Assembly: GCA_044225505.1 (NCBI GenBank)
Contig: JBGAIN010000045.1
Coordinates: 1 to 47,838 of the forward strand
Direction: 5' to 3'
Source of the DNA: Limisphaerales bacterium
GTDB lineage: Bacteria > Verrucomicrobiota > Verrucomicrobiia > Limisphaerales > SIBE01
Length of the DNA stretch: 47,838 nucleotides
Positions 36,741 through 45,568 of this stretch are shown piece by piece. Position 1 is the stretch's first letter, and each line of letters starts with the position of its first letter. The notes beneath the pieces are model-generated. The model had not been told where the DNA came from. It searched no databases and worked only from the letters and a program-made list of their open reading frames with translations. The translations under genes were made by a program, and so were the position numbers.

Positions 36741-39392
36741 ATGGCAGAGTGCGGCATGGCCTATATCCAGGCACCAAGTGACAGATTTCGAGCGGCAATT
36801 AACGGGCTGATCCGCCGATGCGGCCTCTTGCTTTTCTCCGGCATTGTCTGGTTGGCGCCCACACTCACCTCCGCCCAAACGGATGGTCCGCTCGTGGGGA
36901 TTTGGACTGCGGATCAGGGGTTTCAAACGGTCGAGTACCTCTTCCGATCGGATGGACGCTACCAGTTGGACACTAAGAGTACCGACCCGGCGTTTGGTTT
37001 CTCATTCGCGGACCGCGGCCAATTTGTGGTCGATGGCCAAACGGTGACGCTGTTCCCGTTCGACCATGTCGGGGAACAAACCAGTAAGAAACTGCTGTTT
37101 GAGATCCGCGAGAAGGCCCTGACGCTGACTTCTGAGTTCGGCGTCGAAGAGGTTTATCAGTTCAAGCCCGGATCGCGAGCTGATGTGCTTGCGCGGCAGA
37201 ACGTGGCGCCAGATTTAGTTCGGACTTGGACGCGCCACGTGCAGTTAGCTGGCACGGACCAGTACACCTTTCGCCCTGACGGCCATTACTTCGTCAAGAG
37301 TATGGACGAAGGGAACCAGTTTCCGCCTCAATACATTCGTGGCCGCTACGAGCAGAACGGGAGGTTTCTGGCGATCAAGCCGTATGGCGGAGTCGCCGTC
37401 CAGTATGAGATCGACTTTTTTGGCGATACCCTGACTTTGATTCGGTCCGAGGAGTTTTCCGGCGAATCCAGAAGTTACGAAGAGATCGCCGGCTCAGGCG
37501 CAGAGGTGCGCGCGAAGAACGCTCAAGCCGCGGATTTTCTTAGCCGCGAAAACTGGCAAGTGGGAATCTGGGAAATCCGCGATGGTGTGCATTCCGTCGA
37601 CTTAACGTTGCGTCCGGACGGGCACTACATTTCCACCAATGCGGTTGAGATTCTGAGAGGCATCGTCCGAGGCCGTTACCAGTTGGAACCTGGGCAGATC
37701 CAGTTGTCTCCATTCCCAGGGCAGGCAAACTATTCCCGCGACAACGGAGACTTTGGCCAGGTCGAGCGATCATTTGAATTGGATTACTACGACGGAGAGC
37801 TCCAACTGATCGACCTCAGCGCCATTTCGCAGTCGGTGGCGATTGCCAGGCAACGTCCGGGCAGCGCCGAGGAGGTTTTGGAAAAGGCTCGCTTGGCCCA
37901 GGCCGAGACTACCCGAGAAGACTGGTATGTCGGGCTCTGGGAGGTAAACGATCTAGCCGGGTGGATGGAGTTTACCTTTCGACCCGACAATCGTTATATC
38001 GCGAAATCGGGTACGGAAAGGATGCCGAATCAGGTTGAGCGCGGTCAGTATCGGGTGACGGGCGAGAAGGTCACCTTGGCACCGTATGCTGGACTTGGAT
38101 CGGCTCGGGGATTCGAAACCGATTACTATGATGGCAATTGGTTCCTCATTGGTGATTTGCGGCGAATGGTGGTGGCTCGGAGGATCCCGGGCTCGGAAGT
38201 TGGCGTGATCGGAAAGACCCTCGATCCGATTGCGCTGAAGGGCGAACGCGGGTCTATCCTGGGATTGTGGACCGCGAACCGGCCGGGAGAATTCGCCGAG
38301 TTGGTTTTCCGAACGGACGGACAATATAGGTTGAATCGTTGCCAAGATGGCACGATTTCCCAGGATTACGGGCTCTATACCGTAAGCATGGCCACGCGAA
38401 CGCTCGTTTCGGACTCGCGTTTCATGCCGGCACAGACGCTGGAACTCGACTTCTACGGCGATACGTTGACGATTCACGGCGGCAGTTTTGGTAATCCAGA
38501 GACATACAACGTAAATCTCGGTGAGGTCGACGCAGCGATCAACGCTTCGTTCGCAGCCGACGTGGTGGAATCAAAAGTTGACCTCGAATGGATGTCGCGA
38601 ACTCCGATTGGTCCGCGGGATCCGAATGCCACCCTGTTCCCGACGGCCGAGATTCCTGCCGATCCAAACCCTGGTCGTATCTTCGAATCACCGACGGTGC
38701 TCACGAGCTCTCGGCTGTATCGACGTTTGATCGGTGGCTTCGTCTATTTCAATGAGCTGGGAACAATCCGGAGTGTTCCTGTGGTGAACACGCGAGAGTT
38801 CTACCTTTTCCACACCGGACGGGCTTTGGTTCGCTTCAAGAACTACCGCGCCGGAGTCAGCTTTCCGAACACGGTCGCTGATGTCTCGGATTCGTGGGCG
38901 GCATATCGCGTGGAAGCGAAAACGGAGCAGACCGATATCCTCCATATCTACGCGGACAATGTCGTCTACCTTGAAACAGACGCTGGCGAAAAGCTGGAGC
39001 TGACCTTGGAAGACGGACGTCGAAACCTTTTTTGGGGGAAAGACTATCAGATTTTGCAGGATTGGGCGTCCGAGCAAAGGCCGATCCCTTGCCAGGCGCC
39101 AGGGAATCCAGACGCGAGTTTGATCAACACTGGCCTGTCTTTGACAACGACGATCGTTCCGGACGATCTGCAAGGATTCAAAATTCAGCTATCGCACGCT
39201 GCGGCAGGTTCATGGATGGTAAAAGGAGTCAGTGATAAATCCGGCGCAGTGGTGTCGGAAGTGGCTTTAAATCTTGCTCCGCCAGTGGTCTGGCGGCCGT
39301 TGCAGACGAACAGCGTCGCGGCTGGACCGTTTGCGTTCGCGATTGCCCCAGGCACAAACGCGGCAGCTTTTTTCCGGGTGCGTCGACAATAA
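36741..39392 (+). CDS. Secreted protein with five lipocalin-like (G.W..F..DG.Y) repeats and C-terminal 'FFRV' domain
   Basis: Signal peptide; repeats VGIW..FRSDGRY, VRTW..FRPDGHY, VGIW..LRPDGHY, VGLW..FRPDNRY and LGLW..FRTDGQY; ends AAFFRVRRQ. Start may be 36756. Confidence 0.75.
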   Translation: MAECGMAYIQAPSDRFRAAINGLIRRCGLLLFSGIVWLAPTLTSAQTDGPLVGIWTADQGFQTVEYLFRSDGRYQLDTKSTDPAFGFSFADRGQFVVDGQTVTLFPFDHVGEQTSKKLLFEIREKALTLTSEFGVEEVYQFKPGSRADVLARQNVAPDLVRTWTRHVQLAGTDQYTFRPDGHYFVKSMDEGNQFPPQYIRGRYEQNGRFLAIKPYGGVAVQYEIDFFGDTLTLIRSEEFSGESRSYEEIAGSGAEVRAKNAQAADFLSRENWQVGIWEIRDGVHSVDLTLRPDGHYISTNAVEILRGIVRGRYQLEPGQIQLSPFPGQANYSRDNGDFGQVERSFELDYYDGELQLIDLSAISQSVAIARQRPGSAEEVLEKARLAQAETTREDWYVGLWEVNDLAGWMEFTFRPDNRYIAKSGTERMPNQVERGQYRVTGEKVTLAPYAGLGSARGFETDYYDGNWFLIGDLRRMVVARRIPGSEVGVIGKTLDPIALKGERGSILGLWTANRPGEFAELVFRTDGQYRLNRCQDGTISQDYGLYTVSMATRTLVSDSRFMPAQTLELDFYGDTLTIHGGSFGNPETYNVNLGEVDAAINASFAADVVESKVDLEWMSRTPIGPRDPNATLFPTAEIPADPNPGRIFESPTVLTSSRLYRRLIGGFVYFNELGTIRSVPVVNTREFYLFHTGRALVRFKNYRAGVSFPNTVADVSDSWAAYRVEAKTEQTDILHIYADNVVYLETDAGEKLELTLEDGRRNLFWGKDYQILQDWASEQRPIPCQAPGNPDASLINTGLSLTTTIVPDDLQGFKIQLSHAAAGSWMVKGVSDKSGAVVSEVALNLAPPVVWRPLQTNSVAAGPFAFAIAPGTNAAAFFRVRRQ

Positions 39393-39682
39393 CTAAAGGA
39401 GATCTATTCTCCCAACCAGGATGGGTCTCGCAGTCGTGATGAGTCGAGGACTACACGAGAACAAGCTGACGGCGGCGCAGCCGAGGTGGAGAACTATCTG
39501 GGATAGATTCACGCCCCAACGAGCGGAAATCTTGATCGGACGGCAGGATTGACTGTGTTAACGAGGTTGGAGCGGTGTCCCAGAGGAGAGAGGCGCCAGC
39601 CAGCGGACCGAGTCTGGTCGGCAGGGACGGTTGAGATTTTGCGTGTCTTTTGGCGCGCGGCAGTTTCCAATCCTGGCTCAGG

Positions 39683-40591
39683 ATGAAGCCGAAACTTTCT
39701 GCCTTCCCCAAATGTTATCTTGAGCAGATCGCCGGCGCGCGATCCATGTCAGTGTTCGACTGGATCGCCATGGCTAAAAGGCTCGATGCCGACGGGCTCG
39801 AGATGTACGAAGGGTTCTTCGTCAGTCTGGACAGCGGCTATTTAGACTCGGTGGGTGAAGCGATCCAGTCTGCTGGATTTGCGATGCCAATGCTTTGTTG
39901 TTCCCCCGACTTTACCCAGCCTGATCTTGGAGCTCGTCAGCGCGCGGTGGAGCGCGAGGCGGAAATGATCCGAATCACAAGGCGATTGGGCGGGCCTCGA
40001 GCGGTTTGTCGCGTGCTCAGCGGTCAGCGGCGGCCCGAGGTGGCGACTGAGCAAGGAGTAGAATGGGTGGTGGAGTGCTTGCAACAGCTTGTGCCTATCG
40101 CCCGTGAGTACAACATCGTGCTGGGAATGGAGAATCACTATAAGGATGGGTTCTGGAAGTATCCTGAGTTTGCGCAGAAGAAGGACATCTTTATGGAGAT
40201 TGTGCAGGCCATGCCTGACCGCCAGCATTTCGGCGTGCAATATGACCCTTCGAACGCGATTGTGGCAGGAGATGATCCGCTCGACTGGTTGGTCGAGGTG
40301 CAGGATCGCGTGGTGAGCATGCACGCCAGTGATCGGTGGCTGAGCGAAGGTGCTACCCTCGAAGAGTTGCGTCAGAGTGATGGAACGTTGGGCTACTCGC
40401 CGCACCTCCAACATGGGGTGGTGGGAAAGGGCTTGAATGATTACCCGGCGATTTTTGAAATCCTGTCGAGGAATCAGTATTCAGGTTGGATTAGCATCGA
40501 GGACGGGATGAATGGGATGGACGAGATGTCGGAATCGTTGCGTTTTCTGCGGCGCCTCGTCGATCAATACTTTTACGATCATGAGCTCTAA
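39683..40591 (+). CDS. Sugar phosphate isomerase/epimerase (IolE/AP endonuclease 2 TIM barrel)
   Basis: DGLE, MENHYKD, YDPSN, MHASD and WISIEDG metal-ligand pattern. Confidence 0.85.
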   Translation: MKPKLSAFPKCYLEQIAGARSMSVFDWIAMAKRLDADGLEMYEGFFVSLDSGYLDSVGEAIQSAGFAMPMLCCSPDFTQPDLGARQRAVEREAEMIRITRRLGGPRAVCRVLSGQRRPEVATEQGVEWVVECLQQLVPIAREYNIVLGMENHYKDGFWKYPEFAQKKDIFMEIVQAMPDRQHFGVQYDPSNAIVAGDDPLDWLVEVQDRVVSMHASDRWLSEGATLEELRQSDGTLGYSPHLQHGVVGKGLNDYPAIFEILSRNQYSGWISIEDGMNGMDEMSESLRFLRRLVDQYFYDHEL

Positions 40592-41684
40592 ACGGTCTCT
40601 CCCCGTCCGAACTGCGCTGGTCGGGTGCGGAAAGGTGGGAGGGTTGCACGCGGCTGCTCTCTCTTCCATTCCGGAATCAAAATTGGTCGCGGTCTGCGAT
40701 TCGAGCGCGGAACGGGCGCAGACGTTTGCGGCGCGTTACGGTGCGAGTGCATTTCAGGAGATAGGGTTGATGTTACGTTCTTCTGGGGTTGAGGCCGTCT
40801 TTATCTGCACGCCGCACCCATTGCATGCGGAAGCGGCTGTTTTGGCAGCGGAAGCGGGTGTACACGTCATGGTTGAAAAACCAATGGCAGCGACGCTATC
40901 CGATTGCGATCGGATGTTGCAGGCAGTTCGGAAGTCGGGTGTGACATTTTCGGTCATGAGCCAGAGGCGGTTTTATGAGCCAGTTCAACGAATGAAGAGA
41001 GCAATCGATGCCGGCAAGATCGGACGGCCTGTGTTGGGGCTATTTCTCATGTTTAGCTGGCGTGACCAGGCATACTACGAATCGGATCCATGGCGGGGCA
41101 AATGGTCTACGGAAGGGGGAGGGGTCTTGGTGAATCAGTCGCCACACCAATTGGATCTGTTGCGCTGGTTCATGGGGGACATTGCCGAGATTAGCGGACA
41201 ATGGGCCAACCTGAATCACCCCTACACCGAAGTCGATGACACGGCCGTCGCCACTTTGAGATTCCGGAATGGCGGATTGGGTGCGATCGTGACGAGCTTG
41301 TCGCAGAAGCCGGGCCTCTTTACCAAAGTCCATATCCATGGTTCAACCGGGGCATCAGTGGGGGTTGAGACCGACCGGGGAGCGACATTTATCGCTGGCG
41401 TTTCCAAGATCGTCGAGCCGCCGCTCAATGATTTGTGGACGATTCCAGGGGAAGAGAATCGTTTAGAGGAGTTTCAAGTGCTGGATCGAAGACAATTCCA
41501 GAGCATCGATCCTGTGAGTTTTTATCACGCGATGCAAATCCAGGATTTCCTGCGCGCGATCCAAACGGGCCGACCACCGTTAGTCACAGGGGAAGACGGT
41601 CGTGCGGTGGTCGAGATCTTTGAGTCGATTTACCGGTCCAATCACGACAAGCGCGTGGTGACGCTGGACACACCGGCGTCATGA
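40581..41684 (+). CDS. Gfo/Idh/MocA family oxidoreductase
   Basis: VGCGKVG, ICTPHPLH, HVMVEKPMA and GGGVLVNQSPHQLD. Confidence 0.92.
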   Translation: MSSKRSLPVRTALVGCGKVGGLHAAALSSIPESKLVAVCDSSAERAQTFAARYGASAFQEIGLMLRSSGVEAVFICTPHPLHAEAAVLAAEAGVHVMVEKPMAATLSDCDRMLQAVRKSGVTFSVMSQRRFYEPVQRMKRAIDAGKIGRPVLGLFLMFSWRDQAYYESDPWRGKWSTEGGGVLVNQSPHQLDLLRWFMGDIAEISGQWANLNHPYTEVDDTAVATLRFRNGGLGAIVTSLSQKPGLFTKVHIHGSTGASVGVETDRGATFIAGVSKIVEPPLNDLWTIPGEENRLEEFQVLDRRQFQSIDPVSFYHAMQIQDFLRAIQTGRPPLVTGEDGRAVVEIFESIYRSNHDKRVVTLDTPAS

Positions 41685-42499
41685 AAATTGCGACCTTCAA
41701 TGTTAATGGCATCCGTTCTCGTCTTGCGAATCTGATGGAATGGTTGGGGCGCGAAGCGCCGGACGTCGTTTGCTTGCAGGAGCTGAAAGCCACGGACGAC
41801 AAGTTCCCGGCGACAACGTTGAGCGACGCAGGCTATGGCGCGGTTTGGCATGGTCAGAAAGCCTGGAATGGTGTCGCGATCCTGGCGCGAGCGGCTCAAC
41901 CGATCGAGATTCGCCGAGGCCTGCCTGGGGCCGCGGACGATTCTCAAAGCAGATACCTCGAAGCCGATACGCATGGGATACGGGTAGGGTGTTTGTATTT
42001 ACCCAATGGGAATCCTCAACCAGGCCCCAAATTCGAGTATAAGCTTGCATGGTTTGAACGGTTGATCGTGCACGCTACGTCTCTCAACCGCAGCGACCGT
42101 GCGGTCATTCTGGCTGGGGACTTCAATGTCGTACCGACGGACTTTGATATTTACGACTCACGTTCGTGGCGCAAGGATGCCTTGCTACAGCCCGAGACTC
42201 GCGCGCTTTACCAGCGTTTGCTCGGTCAAGGATGGGTAGATTCTCTCAGGAAGATCCATCCTGAGGGACGGATCTATACCTTCTGGGACTATTTTCGCCA
42301 GCATTGGACAAGGAACGCCGGATTGCGCATCGACCATCTTCTACTCAACGTCGCGTCCGCGTCGCGACTCACCGATGCCGGCGTCGATACCTGGGTTCGC
42401 GGTCAGGCTGGAGCCAGCGACCATGCCCCTGCTTGGGTGCAGCTTGACGCGGAAGGAAAATCCGCGAAGCGAGTTCACCAGACTCATCTTTCATGGTAG
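41681..42499 (+). CDS. xth: Exodeoxyribonuclease III
   Basis: MKIATFNVNGI, CLQELK, YLPNG, AGDFN, YTFWDY, GLRIDH and SDHAP. Confidence 0.95.
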   Translation: MKIATFNVNGIRSRLANLMEWLGREAPDVVCLQELKATDDKFPATTLSDAGYGAVWHGQKAWNGVAILARAAQPIEIRRGLPGAADDSQSRYLEADTHGIRVGCLYLPNGNPQPGPKFEYKLAWFERLIVHATSLNRSDRAVILAGDFNVVPTDFDIYDSRSWRKDALLQPETRALYQRLLGQGWVDSLRKIHPEGRIYTFWDYFRQHWTRNAGLRIDHLLLNVASASRLTDAGVDTWVRGQAGASDHAPAWVQLDAEGKSAKRVHQTHLSW

Positions 42500-42526
42500 G
42501 CCAAGGTGAAAGGCTCGCCAACGGCC

Positions 42527-44455
42527 CTACTTCCAACCGCTGTACTGTTTGGGGTCGCGCAGGTGCGCGACGAATCCACCTCCCGCAGGGAGCCTGATCC
42601 AGACTTTGCCCTCCGGCGGTGGCTTCAATCCAGATTCGATCTGAACACCAGTGCCAGAGAATCCATCGCGGTAACAGTCCCATTCCGGGCTGGCTGCCCC
42701 GAGCGTCGATAAGTCCAACTCGAGGGATTGAGGCTGTTTCCGACAGTTGAGAACCGCCACGTACCACATCGCGCTTTTACGTCGGGCCATAATCACGGTG
42801 TCGCCGATGCTAGATCCAGGCAGAATCCGGGTTTCATCCCATATCGTGGGGAGGGATCGCCACAGGGGCAGGAAGGGACTTTCAAGGTAAGCCTCAGGGT
42901 TATCCGGCCAACAGAGAAACGCGGAGCTGAAGATAATCGCAGCCGCCAGCTGAAAAGTTCGAGTTGTGTTCTTCAGGAACCGGGGTTGGACATAGCCAGG
43001 TAGGAAATCGGCGTGTCCGACTGCCATTCGCGTGAACGGCAGCGCGCCGTAGTGTTCCAGGGGAAGCGCATCCCAGAGCACATATTCCTGCTCTCGAATC
43101 CCTTCGCGGCTGATCTCGTTGGGCCAAGTCCGGACTTCGCCTGTCGGTTTGTTCGCCCCATGAAAGTTGATCATTAATCGGTACGTCGCCGATCGCCGAA
43201 GCAGATCCTCGTAAGACTCGATCGTCGCTCGGCTTTCTGAGTCGAAGAAATCGATTTTGATGCCTTTCACGCCTGCGTCCGCACACTGTTTGAAGAGCTC
43301 CTCGCGCGCTTCTATCGTGGTTAAGCCGGGACCGTCGTCTCGTCCCTCTGGGTAAGCGTGCCACAAGAAAACCCCGATGTTCCGTTCGGCAGCGTAGCGA
43401 CAGAGCTCTGCGGTGCGCTGCCACACGTCGCCGCCGTCTTTCATCCAGCCCCATTTCTCCGTGCGCCACCCGGCATCAACGAGGAGATACTCACAACCGA
43501 GCGCTACGCACTGGTCGATCCATTGTTTTTGCCGATACCATTGGGCGCCATCGTTCCCGTAAACCATCCACGTGCATGGAGCTTTGCCTGGGTGAATCCA
43601 ATTTGGGCTCGGCCCGTCCGGGAACAGGGTCGGATCGGGCGGATCGCACAACGCCTGAATAACATCATTGTTGACTAAGGAGTTCAGGTCACGGCTCAGG
43701 ATAACAACACGCCACGGGGAGAGGACTGGGCCATCGTACGTCCAACCACCGGGATCGTCCTCGAAACTGGCCTGAAACAGCGCGTTACCCTTTGGCTCCA
43801 AGGTCAATCCACTATAGCGGTAGAGCGCCGCTTCACTGATAAGCCCAAAAGTTCCGTCCGAGTAGACAATGGTGAGTGGGGGACCCAAGTGAGTGACGCC
43901 TGGCAGGCCCGGCTGCTCCCGTGGCACTTGGTCCGCCCGGCTGGATCGATACGCCCCTTCATAGTTGCGCGTGTCCGTTTGAAACCAGACTGTGGCTTCT
44001 TTGGGCAATTGCCACGCCGTGGCTTCCCCATGCAACTGGCGCTGGCCGTTGCTCGGTACGCGATAGCGAAAGCCAATGCCATCGTCGAAGACCCGAACTT
44101 CAAACGTCCACCTGATTCCGTCAGTGCCGGTACGGACAGGAACCTCAGCCATTTCACAGGCGTTGGTGGCTTGATTCTTTGGCCCGCGAACGGCAAAAAA
44201 CTCGCGAATATGGCGCATTTGAGGTGAACCCAACTCAACCCCTGCTCCCAAATCGCGGCGATCCAGTGAAAGACCCGCGCGAGAAACTTCGATTCTGGTT
44301 TGAGAGCCTTGTTGGACGGAGTAGACCAAGTCTCCATTTCGATCTGTGTCGAGCCGGAAGCGCACCAAACCGTTGGGGCTGCTCACGTCGACGGGGACGG
44401 CTACGGTCATAAGGGAGTAGCTTATGAATGCGGAGACTAGAGTAGAGCGCTTCAT
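42527..44455 (-). CDS. Glycoside hydrolase family 97 protein, secreted
   Basis: VSSPNG, RVFDDGIGFRY, SPWRV, WIHPGK, LVDAGW, GIKIDFF, INFHGANKPTG and PTIWDETR. Confidence 0.9.
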   Translation of the reverse strand: MKRSTLVSAFISYSLMTVAVPVDVSSPNGLVRFRLDTDRNGDLVYSVQQGSQTRIEVSRAGLSLDRRDLGAGVELGSPQMRHIREFFAVRGPKNQATNACEMAEVPVRTGTDGIRWTFEVRVFDDGIGFRYRVPSNGQRQLHGEATAWQLPKEATVWFQTDTRNYEGAYRSSRADQVPREQPGLPGVTHLGPPLTIVYSDGTFGLISEAALYRYSGLTLEPKGNALFQASFEDDPGGWTYDGPVLSPWRVVILSRDLNSLVNNDVIQALCDPPDPTLFPDGPSPNWIHPGKAPCTWMVYGNDGAQWYRQKQWIDQCVALGCEYLLVDAGWRTEKWGWMKDGGDVWQRTAELCRYAAERNIGVFLWHAYPEGRDDGPGLTTIEAREELFKQCADAGVKGIKIDFFDSESRATIESYEDLLRRSATYRLMINFHGANKPTGEVRTWPNEISREGIREQEYVLWDALPLEHYGALPFTRMAVGHADFLPGYVQPRFLKNTTRTFQLAAAIIFSSAFLCWPDNPEAYLESPFLPLWRSLPTIWDETRILPGSSIGDTVIMARRKSAMWYVAVLNCRKQPQSLELDLSTLGAASPEWDCYRDGFSGTGVQIESGLKPPPEGKVWIRLPAGGGFVAHLRDPKQYSGWK

Positions 44456-44758
44456 GCAATTTTCTACGCGATCATTGGCTGCAAGGTCAATCGATTTCGA
44501 CCGCGAACGGCGAAGCGCTCTTGGTTGTTTTGGGGGCGTAAGTGATTGATCTCGAATTAACTCAGCAAGTTTCTGGGGAGGTAGATCAGTTTTCCGATGA
44601 CGCTTAGGTCGGTTGGCAAACGTTCCGATGTCCTATTCGGAGTGAACCGAGTCTCAGGACTCGCGTGTGCGGCACGTCAATAAAGGGCGCGACAGCGCCA
44701 AACTAGTGAGAGAGTTGTATGGTACCAACGATTGGCGATAGCGCGTCCGAGGCCCAGA

Positions 44759-45145
44759 ATGTCACGTCGTGAAAAACCGCACGGGACACCTCCATCGCCA
44801 GAGGCCATGTTCAAGAGCTCCGATACCGATGGAGATGGAAAGATCAGCAAAGATGATCTCATGACGGCGATGTCGCAACACGGTTCCTTGTCCGACGATA
44901 AGGTTGACGACGTGTTTGGAAAACTCGACCTAGACGGAGATGGCTTGGTAACCGAGACAGAATTCATCGATGGCATGAAGAGGATGCATCGAGAACACCA
45001 TACCGAAAGGTCGGGATCTGAGCCTGCAACTTCGGAGTCCAAGATAAAAAAACTGATTGAACAACTCCCAAAAACAGAGAGTTACGAAGCCGACGGGACA
45101 ACGAAGCAAACGTTGCTGCAAATCTTGTTCTCCGTGACGGCTTGA
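44759..45145 (+). CDS. EF-hand domain protein
   Basis: Two EF loops, DTDGDGKISKDD and DLDGDGLVTETE. Confidence 0.75.
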   Translation: MSRREKPHGTPPSPEAMFKSSDTDGDGKISKDDLMTAMSQHGSLSDDKVDDVFGKLDLDGDGLVTETEFIDGMKRMHREHHTERSGSEPATSESKIKKLIEQLPKTESYEADGTTKQTLLQILFSVTA

Positions 45146-45465
45146 GATAGGCCCAGTGCGTAAGAAGCAGGCCGAGGTGGCGGAGTTACCGTGATGAAAG
45201 GCTTGTTGTTTCGCTCTTCCGTAGCCTTCTTTTATTCCAACCGGTTGCTGGCAAGCGCTTCTCTTCTTCTCTACCCAAGGCAATCCACAGTCAATCCCGA
45301 GGCTCAGGACTGCAAGCGACCTTCTCACTCGAGAAAGTCATTGTCTGCCAATTCTGGAGTGAACGGTGCAGGCAAGATCGGCTTTGCAGCCATGCCTGCA
45401 ATCCGAGCCTCGCTGCTCTTTTGCCAGAGCCTAGATTAAGGAAGGGTGAAGTCACGTGTAATGGG

Positions 45466-45500
45466 AAAACAAAACCGCGCGCCCGAAGTGGGCGCGCGGT
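45466..45500 (-). terminator. Rho-independent terminator of the decaheme cytochrome gene
   Basis: 11-bp stem ACCGCGCGCCC/GGGCGCGCGGT with a 5-nt loop, followed by TTTGTTTT on the minus strand. Confidence 0.8.
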
Positions 45501-45568
45501 ATGAATTGTTCCCGCAGTGCGGAAGCAGGCCAGACGCTGTCTGGTACGCTTACTTCCGCGCGGTTCCG

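Noticed and set aside
45191..45439. 82-aa ORF after the EF-hand gene
   Set aside because: No motif, and it lies between convergent genes near a terminator; probably non-coding
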